64,000 bases of DNA from Sarea resinae (Eukaryota), in the NCBI GenBank assembly GCA_026026165.1, contig JAPEUD010000014.1, forward strand, positions 310,001 through 374,000, given 5' to 3'. Within the stretch, counting starts at the first letter, position 1. Each line of letters begins with the position of its first letter. The notes below the pieces were generated by a model that saw only the letters and a program-made list of their open reading frames with translations, was not told where the DNA came from and ran no database searches. The translations under genes and the position numbers were made by a program. Below, in pieces: positions 1 to 13,097 of this stretch.

Positions 1-1059
1 GCATGCCGAGTGCTGTCATGGACTAATGCGTGTTAGCTTTTGAGTTGAAGTGGTGGAGGGTGTAGGCTCCGAACTGACCGGCTCTCGGAGCACCCCCTCG
101 TAATGGCTCATGTACGTTCTCCAAGCAGAGAAGTGCGTCGAGAAGAGAACAGTGTGCAGGAGCAGAGGATCTCGGGTTAGATCCAGCATTCTCCGTGGGA
201 CTGTAAGACACTCGTTCATACGCCTCTGGCCGACTGACTCGGGCGTCGGATGAAGCACAATCCAAGTGGATTGCTGAGTGGAATTATTATACTGTTGATA
301 GACGCCTGTCTGGCGGATCCGCCATGGATCATCTTCCGGAATTGGAACTTTCAGCTCTGGATACTTGAATACATAGGCAATTTCTGAAGCAAGAGTCAGC
401 GGAACCGTTCAGCGTAGCTTATCGAGCGCTGTCTTCAATTCAAGGAGATGCTCACCACTCATATCGCCCGATTTCTTTGGCCAGACGGAGCCGCAAAATG
501 CCTCCTCTATCTCTCTGGTCTTTCTTCGAAATGAATATACAACGTCGAGGAATTCCGGCATCACTTTGTGATGGGCCATGATCTTTCGAAGCATCTCTTG
601 GGTGATCAAGAGCTTAGCCCAAGAATTCCTCTGGCTTATCGATCTGTGTCATCCGGTCAATCGACTAAACATCTGGCATCTGTTTACCAGGGCAGCTTAC
701 ATGACTCTTGTTCGGTAGCCATCGTTGTTCTTGTCATCCAGGTAAGATGACAAGCCTTGCAGGTCATTGAAGCGGCGTGTTCGCTGCACAGGACCTCCAT
801 TATTCTCTGGATGTCAAGTTAGTCTGAGCATCCGAATGATGGTCCAGCTTTGCGAGCTGATAGTACCAGTTAGAGGCAAGAGCACATCCACGAGATCGAC
901 ACGGATCGAGGAGCCAGCGGGCTGGCAAGATTCTGCAAGATCGAATCTTGGTAGGTAACCGTCGTAGTTGATGAGATCAAGCGAATATGCATCCAAGGAA
1001 GACTGCGATGGCGGCTCCTCACTTCTAGCACGAGGCTGAAGAGGAATGGGACTAGTCAT
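1..1059 (-). CDS. Fungal CorA-like transporter-domain protein, 5' part (gene runs off the window's left edge; multi-exon)
   Basis: Spliced reading from ATG 1059 (MTSPIPLQPR...) through GT-AG introns gives ...ISQRNSWAKLLITQEMLRKIMAHHKVMPEFLDVVYSFRRKT..., resembling the N-terminal 'NS..L.IT..M...H.V.P.FLD...F' motif I recall from fungal CorA-like proteins. The C-terminal TM region is not in the window. Confidence 0.6.
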
Positions 1060-1824
1060 GCCCACAATCAAGGAAGGAAGCAAGCAACAGAGACTCGGAA
1101 GTGGGAGATCAACGCGAGGCGTGGGAGTTAATAATAGGACACTGCTTGCACAGGAGGAAGTACGAGATGGGACTTGAAGTCTTATACCGGGGCAAATCTA
1201 CACCAAATCTGCACTGCCATGTGAGGCTCAGCAGGCCAAGGAGCCCGTTGAGCCTTGCACAGCACGGTAAAACAAAACATATACATACAGGCACACACAG
1301 AGGGGCATCTTACGAGCATAGCCAGCCAGAAAAAACTGAGATGTGCCACCGCGTGAAAGTGTCTTCGATCGCATTGGATCAGTCAAGGTAAGGTAGGTAG
1401 GGTAGGTAGTAATGAATTCAATTTGTTCCTTTCGTACATGAGGCACCAGAACTCCAGATGATCATGATTTACAGCCCCATTGCCCCATTCCTCCACTGTC
1501 GCAGCAAAGGGAGACGGAGCTGCCCGCTGGCTGGTGGGCGGTGTCAGCAACACCTCCCGTCCGTACTCCTAAACTCCCATGTAACTATGTATACCTCTCT
1601 GTCGCTCGGTAGCGCCGCATCGATAGCTGATCTGCTGCGGCCCGTCCTCTCCTTTGCTCAGCCCTCCCAGCCCCTCCCAGCCCCTCCCATGTCAGCACCC
1701 ACATTGGATCCATGGATCCATGGATGTCACTCGCAAGCGTCTCTGAAGTGCCAAAGCGAGTAAAGTCAGCTAGTCGGCTACAAAGGGTCCAACGGATATA
1801 GGGCTGCGAAAGGGAAAGAAGGGA

Positions 1825-2223
1825 TCATGGATCGTACGCTAATTCGTCCTGTGTACTCCGTCCAGAGGAATCAATTAGCTTTCGCAAAGACGGCCCGAAG
1901 GATTCATCACATCCCCCCCCGGGGAGGCTAGGGATGTATGTAGGGTATCTAAGGTAGGCTGAGCTTACCTCAGTCACGGTACGCGGGACGGCAAAGGACC
2001 AGATGTCATTGCTCAACTGTTGCGAAGCAGGGTTAGCCGCATATGTCGGAAGAGAAGGTGAGTAGGAAGATGGAGGGAACGAAATGATGCATCTGCTCAC
2101 CCTGATGTCAAAGTCCTCTTGAGCTGGGAACAGCTCCTTCAGAACAGCTTCGAGCTTGTCGCGCTTGATATATCGTGATGGGGCGTATTGCCGGTGAAGG
2201 GTGGTAGTTTGAGAGAAGGCCAT
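1825..2223 (-). CDS. 64-aa microprotein of unknown function (3 exons: 2223-2101, 2016-1969, 1848-1825)
   Basis: Donors GTGAGC (2100) and GTAAGC (1968), branch sites GCTAAC/GCTAAT and CAG acceptors. Spliced product MAFSQTTTLHRQYAPSRYIKRDKLEAVLKELFPAQEDFDIRLSNDIWSFAVPRTVTEDELAYDP*. Confidence 0.75.
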   Translation of the reverse strand: MAFSQTTTLHRQYAPSRYIKRDKLEAVLKELFPAQEDFDIRVSRCIISFPPSSYSPSLPTYAANPASQQLSNDIWSFAVPRTVTEVSSAYLRYPTYIPSLPGGGCDESFGPSLRKLIDSSGRSTQDELAYDP

Positions 2224-4039
2224 CTTCTTAAACAGATGACTCCAGTTTAGACAACTTTTCGACATGTGCCACTCCTCTTAAGTATAAGGCGACACTGATG
2301 CAATAGGGCTAGACAGCTGCCGTCAGGACATCTACCTCATGTATATATAGAGATGCGCGTAGATGATAGCGAGTAGGTAGGTAGTAATCGTCTAATCGAT
2401 GATGATGCGGGAACGACTGGGCATTCAGATACCAGACATGGAGGCAAATACAATCGCGCATACTACTACCTGGACAAGACATCAGCTACTACGGAGGATG
2501 GATGCGCAACGCTGTAGTGTAGGTGTATCGGGAGGTCGACTCTCAGGTCCGTATGATCCTAAGTCTGTAGCCTACCTGGTGCCCCCTCCCTCGAATCAAG
2601 GGCAAGGGCAAGAGTCATATGAGAGTAGGACGAAGCAGCATGACGGTCTGACGGTCTGAGCCTGTGAGCCACGCAACAAGCCGTCCTGATTCATCGTAGA
2701 TAAGGTAGTTCTATTTCGGCATAGGCAGCCATGGAAGAACCGACGGAGTCCAGTCGTCTCCGCCACCCAACGATGTTCAGCCACGGCCTGATGCTTGATA
2801 CGGGACAGGCCCAACAGGGACCCGTCACGAGCTTTCGACTTTCTATCTCAAGCGCGTGAGGGGGGAATATCTCTAGGGAGGTCGGAATGTGGGGAGTGGA
2901 GAGCGGAGATGAGAGTGGAGAGAAGCAGAGCGCCAGAAGTCGTGCAGATCCACGGCTACCGGACGGATACTCGAGTACTTACCTGACTTACCTTTCCTTA
3001 GGTACCTTATCGATCTCGATGCCATCATCTCCCTCGATTCCATACTACTGGTACGTACGTATCATGGATTACTGCCAATAATACCAGCCAGCCGAGCGAA
3101 ATGAAATAGCTCATCTCCAATGGATAAGGCACGACATACTGCTGACGCACCCCTCTTTACCTGACCTTCTGGATTTGGCTCGTTGATGCGTCGACCTATC
3201 CGTGGGTGCCGCCGCGTTTGGGGGGCCAAGGGCCAAGGGGCCATCCAAGGCCCGGCTGTTGCACCGAATGGGCGAGGTATTTCGCTGGCGAGACACAGAC
3301 CAGCCCAGGGCAGCAGGCCAGAGGCTAGAAGCGGCATGTTTTACAGACAGGAGTACTCCGTACTTCGTACGAAGGTATTGCCTTGGCGATGCCCGCAGAC
3401 ACTAGTACTCACCCAGGTGTACCTAACCTCCCTGAGGTACCTCCACGGACCCTGTTGTTGTCAAGTCTCAGCCGCCACTTCGTCCACACCAAGTGGTGTA
3501 GCTATCGTGCTTCTCAGCTGGATTAACCTAATGTAGGGATTGGGTCCACGATAATCTGGGGATGGAGTCTGAGATGCCCCGACTGCTTGATGCCTTTACC
3601 TCTTCGTCGAGCGCAGACTCAATCCATGCAGAAGTGTAGCTTCTCTGCGATCCAGAATATTGTCTCTTTGCTAGACAAGTTCGCCATGTTGCTATCCCGC
3701 TTGAGATGCACGCTCGATGCCATGTTGCTTTTCGACAGCCGAGAGTGGTGGCGGTCCTTTGGTGCTTATGTATTCATCTTGCATGCATGAGCTATCCGAT
3801 GGGTGCACAGCCTTTGGAGCTTGCCGCTTGGGACTTCAGCCTTGCGGCTCTTGTGCAGGCTGATCGTCGCATTCTCATGGCTTATATCTTGTTGTTGACG
3901 GGCCACGGCTCACTCCTCATTACCTGTTTAGCTTGTTCGTTGACAGTCAATTCATGACACGACCAGTGAAAAAGACGGGTTTGGATTGCAGCCCAGCGAC
4001 GATTGGCCTCGCAATAGTTTCGCGGACCCTCCAGCGAAT

Positions 4040-6583
4040 ATGAACGGGCAGGCATCGCCCGGCGTTGAGCCACCTGGAAGGCGGCGAGGGATGCCAGCAG
4101 GCACCCTCAACGGTGAAGCGCTGGGAGGACGACCCCATGAATGGCGGGACTCTATCGAGCATGGCCACAATCCTAGCCAACAGATTTATTTCAACGATTC
4201 GCAGAACGAGAACTCCGTGAGGTACCACAAGCCTCCAATACTGCCTTGCTTCCCATGGCTGATTATGTCCTTCTCCATCCAGGCGCAGTCTGCGGAGCTA
4301 TCACATCTTGGTATATCTTTCCAGCGCTCCACCGTCGCGGGGATCGTATCTAATGGCGTTCGAGGACAGATGATATCAATCAGCGGCACTTTTGGCGTGG
4401 GCCTCTATGTGGGTAGTGGCACAATCCTGAGGCAGGCCGGCCCAGGTGGTGTGCTCCTATCCTTCAGCTTAATTGGGCTGGTGTCCTGGGCCGTAATGCA
4501 ATGCATCGCCGAGATGCTCTGTATATGGCCCATATCTGGAGCCCTGATGGAGTTCGTCGCGACGTTCGTGGACAAGGAGCTGGCTATCACATGTGGTGTG
4601 GCTTACTGGTAAGTTTTGAGACTGCTACGAGCCTACAGGGTATTGAAACCGGTATCAACATCAGACGGCTGCATGTCCTATTCTGTTTCGAAGTATTGAA
4701 TGCCGTGTTCCTCTGGGTCGAAGACCTATTGCTGTGACTGCTGGTTTTACGGTATAAGCTGACTATGTAGGTTTACGTATGCCATATCAATGGCCGCCAT
4801 TATTACCGGTACTGCCGGAGAATCCAACTACTTCGACCCTGGAAAACCGCTGCAAGGGGTCGTCTTCTTTTGTGCTATGCCAATTCTAATGATTTTGCTT
4901 AATAGCGTTAGTGTTAAGGTATGTGGACAAGCTCCGTCGAAAGAACTTTTCCTATCTTGTTAACAATCTCCAAAAGGCGTATGGCCTGGTGGAGTTAATT
5001 TCCGGAGTGCTCAAAATACTATTTATATCTACAATTATTGTCATCATGTTTGCTATCAACTTAGGAGGTTAGTTGGCTGATGTGCCACTATCAATTCGAT
5101 GCAGAAATACTAAAGAAACTACTTCGTGAAATTAGCTGGTCCAAACAAAGCGATCAACACAAAGTGCAAGTGGCCTGAATTTCGAGAGCCCTCGAACCAG
5201 ATCAACGCGGCTAACAGGTTCAGTCTACAACAATGGCAATTTCTTCGCTCATGATAGTGAAGCTGCCGAGAACTGGGGATTTGCCTTTCTGTTAGTAGCC
5301 ATTCGCTGCGTGACCTTGACCGAGCGGCGATGCTGATATGTCTTAGCAATTCATTGTCAATTGCCACTTTTGCTTTTGTCGGAGTCGAAACTACGGCAGC
5401 TACGGCACTGGAAGCACGGCTTACAGTTCCTATGGGAGGAGAAAATCCTTCCACCAGGTCTCTAAAAAACGTTGCTACTCGAGTGCCGATTCTTGCAGCA
5501 GTGCTGTACTTTTTTGGCAGCTTATTCGTCACTCTTAACATGCAGTGGGATGATCGTAATCTGCCCCGAGCAAGTTGGATACCTCTGGGCAACGACAATG
5601 TCGTCAAAGGCACGTCGAACTCGGCTTTCGTCATTATAGCTACGGAGTCCAAAATCAAAGGCTTGCCAGGCGTCGTGACGGTCTTCCTTTTATTCACAGG
5701 TTTGACTGCGGCAAATACCCAAGTTTACATTGCCTCTCGTACCCTTTTCAGTCTGACTCGAGACATCGAGGCGAGCGCGTGGTGGAGCTGTCTAGGCTAT
5801 TTTGGGAGGACGAATGATCGAATGATTCCGATGAGGGCGCTCCTAGCATCATGCATATTTTTGCCCATCCCCTTTGCGTACCTCTCTAATAAGGCTGGTA
5901 CCACTGTCCAAGATGTTAGTCTGTTAGTTCCAGCCCTTCCGCTTAGTCTAACAATCACCTTTAGCTACTGGACGTCTTGTCCGAAATGGGCTCTGTCAGC
6001 TGCGTACTGGTCTGGGCATGCGAGTGTGTCGCTTTCATCAGATTCTGCCGATGGTACGTTCCATCTCCGCATCAACACAACTCAAAGGACACTGCTAATG
6101 GCCGTATTCCCAACAGCCTTGAAAAGCACCACGTCGAGCTCAAGGAGCGAGGCTTATTTTACGATCGAAGAGAAAAAGGACCCGCGCACGCATACCCATA
6201 TCGCTCCCACGGCCAACCAGTCATAGCGTACTTTGCCCTTTTCTGTTGTCTATTTGTCTTGATCATCGCTAGTGGGGCATCTCTCTGGAGCAAATTTAGA
6301 GTAGTGCCGTTCTTCTCTGCCTACCTTGCGGTAAGAGCCCCGTTGCTCTCTTAGAAACGTAGCACAAAGCTGACTTCATGGGTTTCGTCCACAGCCTCTC
6401 ATTTTTATAGCCCTCTTCGTCTTTTTGAAGTTAGTCAGGGGAAGCGATTGGAGATGGAATGATTTGTCGAATCATGAGGTGGTCATTGAAAGCATGAATA
6501 CGCTATTCGAAAAGTGTTACCGCGAATCGTCAGCTGAGGACGAGCCGCGGCCAAATTGGCAGAACCTATGGGGTCAGATATAA
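4040..6583 (+). CDS. Amino acid permease (APC superfamily), divergent and intron-rich; true start may lie further upstream
   Basis: Spliced TM1 region VRRSLRSYHILMISISGTFGVGLYVGSG...AGPGGVLLSF, then AEMLCIWPISGA, FAFVGVE, YIASRTLFSL and YPYRSHGQP. Stop TAA at 6581-6583. A possible acceptor at 3946 suggests an additional 5' exon. Confidence 0.9.
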
Positions 6584-9065
6584 TCCATTTAAGGCTACGG
6601 ACTTTTTATCTATATACTTGCGAGAGCTCAGGCCCATTTCATCTTTGTCGGAGTCTGCCAAAGCGTAGACCAGATTGCCACCTCTTTAAGCCCTTGTTAT
6701 ATGCTTCAAAAAACCAATGTAGGCTGTATTTAACCTCAGTACTACTACACCCCCGAGGTATCCAAACCTCAGTTCGGATCGGCATATCGCACAGCCTCGC
6801 GCCGACTATACGGACTTGAATTCACGAGGTAGCGTAACTTCATCTTTAATTTCACGACGCGCAATGCGCATCATTGAGACTATATCAATTGCCTTTCTAC
6901 CACCATGTATCACTGGCTTCTGTTGTGCGTCCTGTCCTTGGGGCTTGAAGGACTTGTCAATGAGGCTCCTCTGATTACACCACTTTATCTCATGGATATG
7001 TATGTACATGTCAAGAGAGGTTTTCGAGCTTAACGTTGTGAGCAGAATGGCCCCAAGAGCCAAAGTACACAAAGCACGCGCAACACAAGTAGTATGCCGC
7101 ATTCTCAAGTCAGGAGCCCCGGCGCTTTCCACCTGATCATATGTTGATTCATATCACTTGGGTCGTTGTCCTTTATAACGAGAAGCTCCGCCTGACCGGG
7201 CAAGATGTTGAATTCAATGTTGTAGCACTGAGACAACCGTGGAAAGAAGTTTAGATCATGGACGGGTATCGACACTTCACGTAAATGCTGAAGGATGATT
7301 CAGCCAGATGGCTTTTCTCTCCATAGAGGACAGACTCGAAAAGATCGCAAAAATCCCTTAATCAATTACGCTACCGAAAGACTATGCCACTGTCAGCGAG
7401 GTTGCGACCTTAGAATTTCTGTGCTCCAAAGGATTTCCCGTGTCAAAGACCTATGGCTGGGTCGTCCAAATCCTCAGACAGTCATGTTGGCGCTGAGTAC
7501 ATTATCATGATGAAAGAACATTTAGGAAATCAGCCTGGATATCACAAGACCTAAAACGACCTTGTAGAAGAACACCAAAAAAAAGCACCAAAAAGCTCAG
7601 ACTGCTCTTCGAAGCAGTCCTACGAAAACCCATTCAGGTTTATCTCATTAGAGACCCCCACCATCTCTAGCACCGACAAGGCTGCCTTCTTTTACTAAGA
7701 CATTATGGTTGAATGTAGCCGCATACTTTTCCTCATCCTCCTCTATCCTCTTCAATTTCCCCTTCCTCCTCTTCCTCTCCTCATCCTGCTCCTTTAATCC
7801 TTTAATTCCTCCTGACGCTTTTTTCCTTCTGCCACTGCCGGGATTCGAACGCAAGGGCTCTAACCATGGCTTGCTCTTTTGCGCTCGAAGCACGGCAGTA
7901 TAGAACCCCTCATCAGTACCGCTACACCAACATGGCCTTTGTTGAAATGATCGGTACTATTGTTGGTTATATGGGTCGATTGATCCACCAGGCTACTGAC
8001 GCTCATACTTACTGCCAGACCCCATCTGAGGCGGATCTTTTTCACACAGTGTCATTCACCTTTACTGCCACCAAGTCCGAAACTCTCTGACACCATCAGA
8101 TCAATCTCTCATCATGCCAGATCCCGATACAATCTCTGCTACCAAAGCTAGCCACACGTACATACAAAACGATTTCAAATAGTGAAAGAGCAAGAGAGAG
8201 ATCTAGTGAGCAGCTATGTACAAATCATAAATCAGGAAGAGATTTTGTGCCGCAGAAGATGGATCATACGGAAGCACATGCTTCACAAAAGATGTGCAGT
8301 CAAAGCTTCCGAGTCCGCTTTACCCACCCGGAACACAGGACAACAAGCTGATGAGCTCTTCTGACGAGAGAACATTGGATCACTTCTCGCGTTTTCACCG
8401 GTGTCTACGCTTTCTTCAAGTTGTGACACCAGGAATTGGCTGATACGAGCGAGGAGGGCTGGCTGCGCGGACGGAGGCATATGAATATGTTCTGGTCAAG
8501 AAATAGGAGCTAGAGCAGACATGGCTGCAGCAAGCGGGGATAATGAGGAGGAACATGACAGGCGGAAAAACAATGGTCACTTCTAACGATCATGAGGATA
8601 TTGACTAGGCATTTCACAATTGAGAGTCAGGTAGAAGAAGGCGATAGCCGGATGGTTTATCAGCCTCAAATTATCAATGCCCCTGAGAAGGCATAGAGTA
8701 AACAAAAAGTAGTTCCGTACCTCCAACTATCTTATCTCATCTTATCTTATCGATGAAGTCAGATCTTTTGTCTCGAGATCAAGATGCACAATCGCGTCGA
8801 TCATCCACATTAATAATAATAATCTGCTAGCTCTGGAGCTCGAGCCCGAGCTGGAGCTTCATTATATTTTCTCGGCCCAATGCCGCTTTTTCGTGCCATA
8901 TACAAAGATTGATCATTTCCAACGTCTATCGTGTTCCGTCGAATCGCTTCATACCTCTATCACATTGACGGACCTCATCATGGCATCTGCGCGCCTGCGG
9001 TAATATCACGCTTCGACAGATATCTCGTTGCAGATCCAATTGAGTCGAACGCATACCCGACCATC

Positions 9066-10639
9066 ATGTCGGACGACGAAGCCGACCCCGAATTGCTCGA
9101 ACTGCTCCGCCAGTCCCTGGGTATGGGCACTACAGGCCCCCCGGCGCCCCCGGAGACACGCGTCCTAGAGAGCGCCGAATTCATCGCCGACAATGCCATC
9201 GACGTCGCGCTCGTCAGCCAGGGCACCAAGGCCGCGGCGCAACATATCTGGGCTCGGATGCAAGAGAAGCAATATTCGACCTCGACGTGGGCGACGCACG
9301 AGTTACATCCCAAGACCAAGGATGAGGCAACGGTCAACTTCATCTTTACGATGGACCTGCTGAATTTCTGTTTCTGGTCCGAGAGGGGCGAAGACGAACG
9401 GTCTGCGGTTGAGTACAAGGGGAAGAAATGGACGGGGTATTGGAGCCTGGTTGCGGCGTTGCAGAGAGCGCTTGAGGAAGGTATGGTCTTGATGCGCAGA
9501 TTGCGACTGCTACCTTACTGTTCTGCTTGTTTTCTCGGTCTTTTACCTATTTTTGTGGCTTTGGGAAAAGATTGGCACTAAGGCACCGAGATTCTTAGAT
9601 ATCCCGATCACCAGCCCCGATTTCTGGCAGGACGAAAACGAAGCCACCGTAGAGGTGCTGCGGCACGTCTTCCGCTCCGCAACAGATGAAGAGATCCCGC
9701 TTTTCGACGAACGAGTCGCTTGCCTGCGCGAAGCCGGCCGCGTGCTCTACGAAGTTAGTCCATTCAAAAACGTTTTCCGTTTCCAATCCCCCTCCATTTT
9801 TTGTTCCTCTCGAAGAACAGAGTGGGTATAGGCAAAGGGGCACAACAACTATCATCATAACAGCGGTAGCTATATGAACAAGCATGCTCACTCTCAAACC
9901 TCAGGACTTCGACTGCCGTGTCACACACCTCATCGCGGAATCCGACCACTCCGCCGCCCGCCTCGTCAACCTCCTCGTCGAACACTTCTCCTGCTTCCGC
10001 GACGAATCCGTCTTCGAAGGCCGGACCGTGCGCTTCTACAAACGGGCCCAGATCTTCGTCGCCGACCTCTGGGCCTGCTTCGAGGGCGAAGGCTACGGCG
10101 AATTCGAGGATATCGACAAGATTACCATGTTTGCTGGTGAGTTTCAAGCTCATTTCCCTTCTCCCCTGAACCGAACCGGGGAACCCAAGAAGCATCCAAA
10201 AGTGCAACGCGACCCCCCAAAAGAATTTGAAACCTCAAGCGCTAACACCACGGGGGGAAAAACAACAGACTACCGCATCCCACAGATCCTGCACCAGCTG
10301 GGCTGCCTGCGCTACAGCCCGCCGCTGGAATCCGCCATCCGGCGCCGCCAGCCCATCCCGCACGACCACAGCTGGGAGATCCAGATCCGCGGCTGCACCA
10401 TCCACGCCGTCACGCTGCTGCTGCGCTGCATCCGCCAGGCTCACCCGGACGGCCGCCTCAATGCCGTCCTGCTCGACTTCTTCCTTTATGATACAATGAA
10501 GGAGCGCGAGCGCGCTGTGCTGGAGGCTGGGGCTGAGGCTGAGGCTGGGGCTGGGGCTGGGGCTGGGGGAAAGGTTGATGTTGATGTTGACGTCGATGGC
10601 GGCATGCCGCATCATCGGACGAGGAGTATTTGGTATTGA
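9066..10639 (+). CDS. QNG1: Queuosine 5'-phosphate N-glycosylase/hydrolase (queuosine salvage protein, DUF2419 family)
   Basis: Motifs DLLNFCFWS, GYWSLVAALQRAL, FYKRAQIFVADLW, ITMFADYRIPQ (after splicing 10137-10268), EIQIRGCTI and C-terminal HHRTRSIWY. Three introns. Confidence 0.93.
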
Positions 10640-11035
10640 TCGTTTTCTTTTTCTTTCTATCTTTTTGGTGCTGAGTCTATCCCTTGAAAGTTGGGATATG
10701 GGGACAGGCGAGAGCGCGGTAGATGAGGGAGCGAGGATGTGACGAGCTATGATAGAATAAGTTTTTTTTCATTTCCTGCTGGATGGAGTATATTTAGAGA
10801 TCTCAAAGCAATGCCGATGCCGACTCGGATGTTGCTAATGCCAACGCTAATGCTAATGCGATGCATCATTCATAAGACATAGCCTGCCGCTTTCCTCCCT
10901 CCCCTTTTTCGTTCCTTCCTTCTTCCCTTCCCTAGCCCCAGCCGAAAAGACGCCGCATCCCGTCATATCATCCGTAATCCATCTACCGAGGAATAACAGA
11001 AGCATAAGCATAAAGAAAACAGCAAAGTCTTCACT

Positions 11036-12443
11036 TTAAGCTGAGACGTCCATAGCCATAGTCTGAGATGGTGCGTTCCCTTCTCGCTCGAGCAGCTCGA
11101 TGCGTCGCATAATCCTAGCCTTCCAGTCCTCGGCTTCGGCACGGCGGCGCGGCGAGAGGTAGTCGACGCGGTCTTGCATCTGTCGCCGATGCACGTGCAT
11201 GTTAGAATGCCGACTGAAATCAAATGAAGCTGGAAGTATGTAGAGAGCAAAGGGAAGATGGAAAAGACAGATATAGAGAGGAAGGAGGTGCCGAACATAC
11301 CATAGTGCCCAGACCGGCTTTCAGGCCACCTCTTTCACCCTGTTGGTTTGGCAGGACGGCGATATCGTGCATTGTCTCGTCAGCGTCCCCCTCTTCCTCC
11401 GGCCCAAGCCCGGACCCGGCCTCGATGTTGCGGTACCAGTCCAGACTCAACCATCCTTCGCCCACTAGCCGCGCCATCCAATATTCCACGTCCTGCCGCT
11501 CGACTCTGTTCGCGCCCTCACCCACCCCCATCCTTGCCCACCCCTCCCAGCCCTCCACCGCCTCCATCGCGGATGGCAATTCCTGCCTCCAGGCCTCAGA
11601 CCCCACCTCCGCGTCCAGCAAGCGTGGCACAACGAGGTAATAGACCGCGAGTATGATAGCACCTACCTTATCCCTTTCGTCGCCCTCCGCGAGCGGTCCA
11701 GCGCGCCGGGTGCCCTGCCATGGATCCTCAATCGTGAGTACGGACGCCACGCCCGCGAAGACATGCGGAGAGGCGGCAGGCTGGGCAAGCGTCGTGCTGA
11801 GGTGCCGGATCAGCGGCATTATGTACGCAGGCAGGCCGTCTTTGTCTGTCGCCTTGAGGTTTATGTTCGGCGTAGAGGGAGTCTGGATTTTCTTGGGCCG
11901 GCCGCGCGGTCGAGGCGTCGATTTTGCTGCTGCTAGTGTCGACGAGGCATGCTGTGTACCGGCTGCGCCATTTTGGGTGGTATTGCTCTCTTCTGGGAGG
12001 CGTGGTTTAGGGGGTCGGCCGCGGCCGCGTTTGGCGGGGATAGAGGCGTCGAGGTGGGCGTAGAGCTTGACGTAGACACGCGGGGCGCAGGGAGGTCGGG
12101 GCTCAATTTTCGGGAGGTTTAGCTTTTGTTTGAGTCTGTGGAGTCAGGGAGCATATTAGCCAAGTGCTTTGCACGTTTTTGTATTGCATGTCTCTGTGCT
12201 GTGTGACTGATGATGTAGACTAAGGCATTGGGGCAATTGTGTGTGACGAGATAGCACATACCGCTCGCAGGCAAGATGGGCACAGGCGTACGGGCGCGCG
12301 ATCTCTTCATCTGGCTTGAGGGCGCTGGCTCTGGTGCGGGACTGGGCGAGGAGGGAGTTGGAGAGGTCGATGAGCTCGGTGGGGAGAGGGTCGGGCAGCG
12401 TGGGGAGAAGGCCCACTAGGGCTTGCGTGAGTGTGCGATTCAT
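11036..12443 (-). CDS. ORC6: Origin recognition complex subunit 6
   Basis: N-terminal LLAQSRTRASALKPDEEIARPYACAHLACER/LKQKLNLPKIEPRPPCAPRVY and C-terminal GLGTMMQDRVDYLS...W motif after splicing two introns. Confidence 0.9.
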
Positions 12444-13097
12444 ATTCTGAGATACTGCCGAACGTAATTGAGCTGCTCGATCGCATCTGCGAATTGGCCT
12501 GTCAAAGCTGTGGATGCGATAGTTCTGCTATCTTTGCTCTCTGCTGTGTTGAATGGTGCTTCGGCGTTTGCTGGTTTGACGATCTTTGGGGGAGTTTGTG
12601 TACATGAAGACGGTGATGTGGAAGAGTGATATTCAAAGCAGGAAGCGCACTGCATCTGCCCTCTGTATCGTAGGGGCTTGCAGATTAATTGCTATGCATC
12701 ATTGTCGATGTGGCAGATGAGAGACAACTCCGGCCCTTGACGTTGTTGATGATGTCGAAGCAAGCTATCGCCCGCACTTCTCCAGACAGTACTTGCCGAG
12801 CACCAACAATGCTGAGAACCCGATTCGGTGTTTATATCACAGTATGATATATCGAAATCAATACAACAAGTGAGGCCTGACAAATTCAGGATCAACATGT
12901 TTACTGTCTGATACATTATGTAACATTGGGTCCCACGAGTAGCTACGAAGGCATGTGGACGGACAGATCGGAGGAAAGTCTTCCTTATTTGGAATCTAGT
13001 ATATCTCCGATGAAAAGAAAGCTGAATACATATACTCCTGCAAAACACCAATCCTCGATGGTACTATACAATATTGGACATCTGTAAATCTCTCAGT

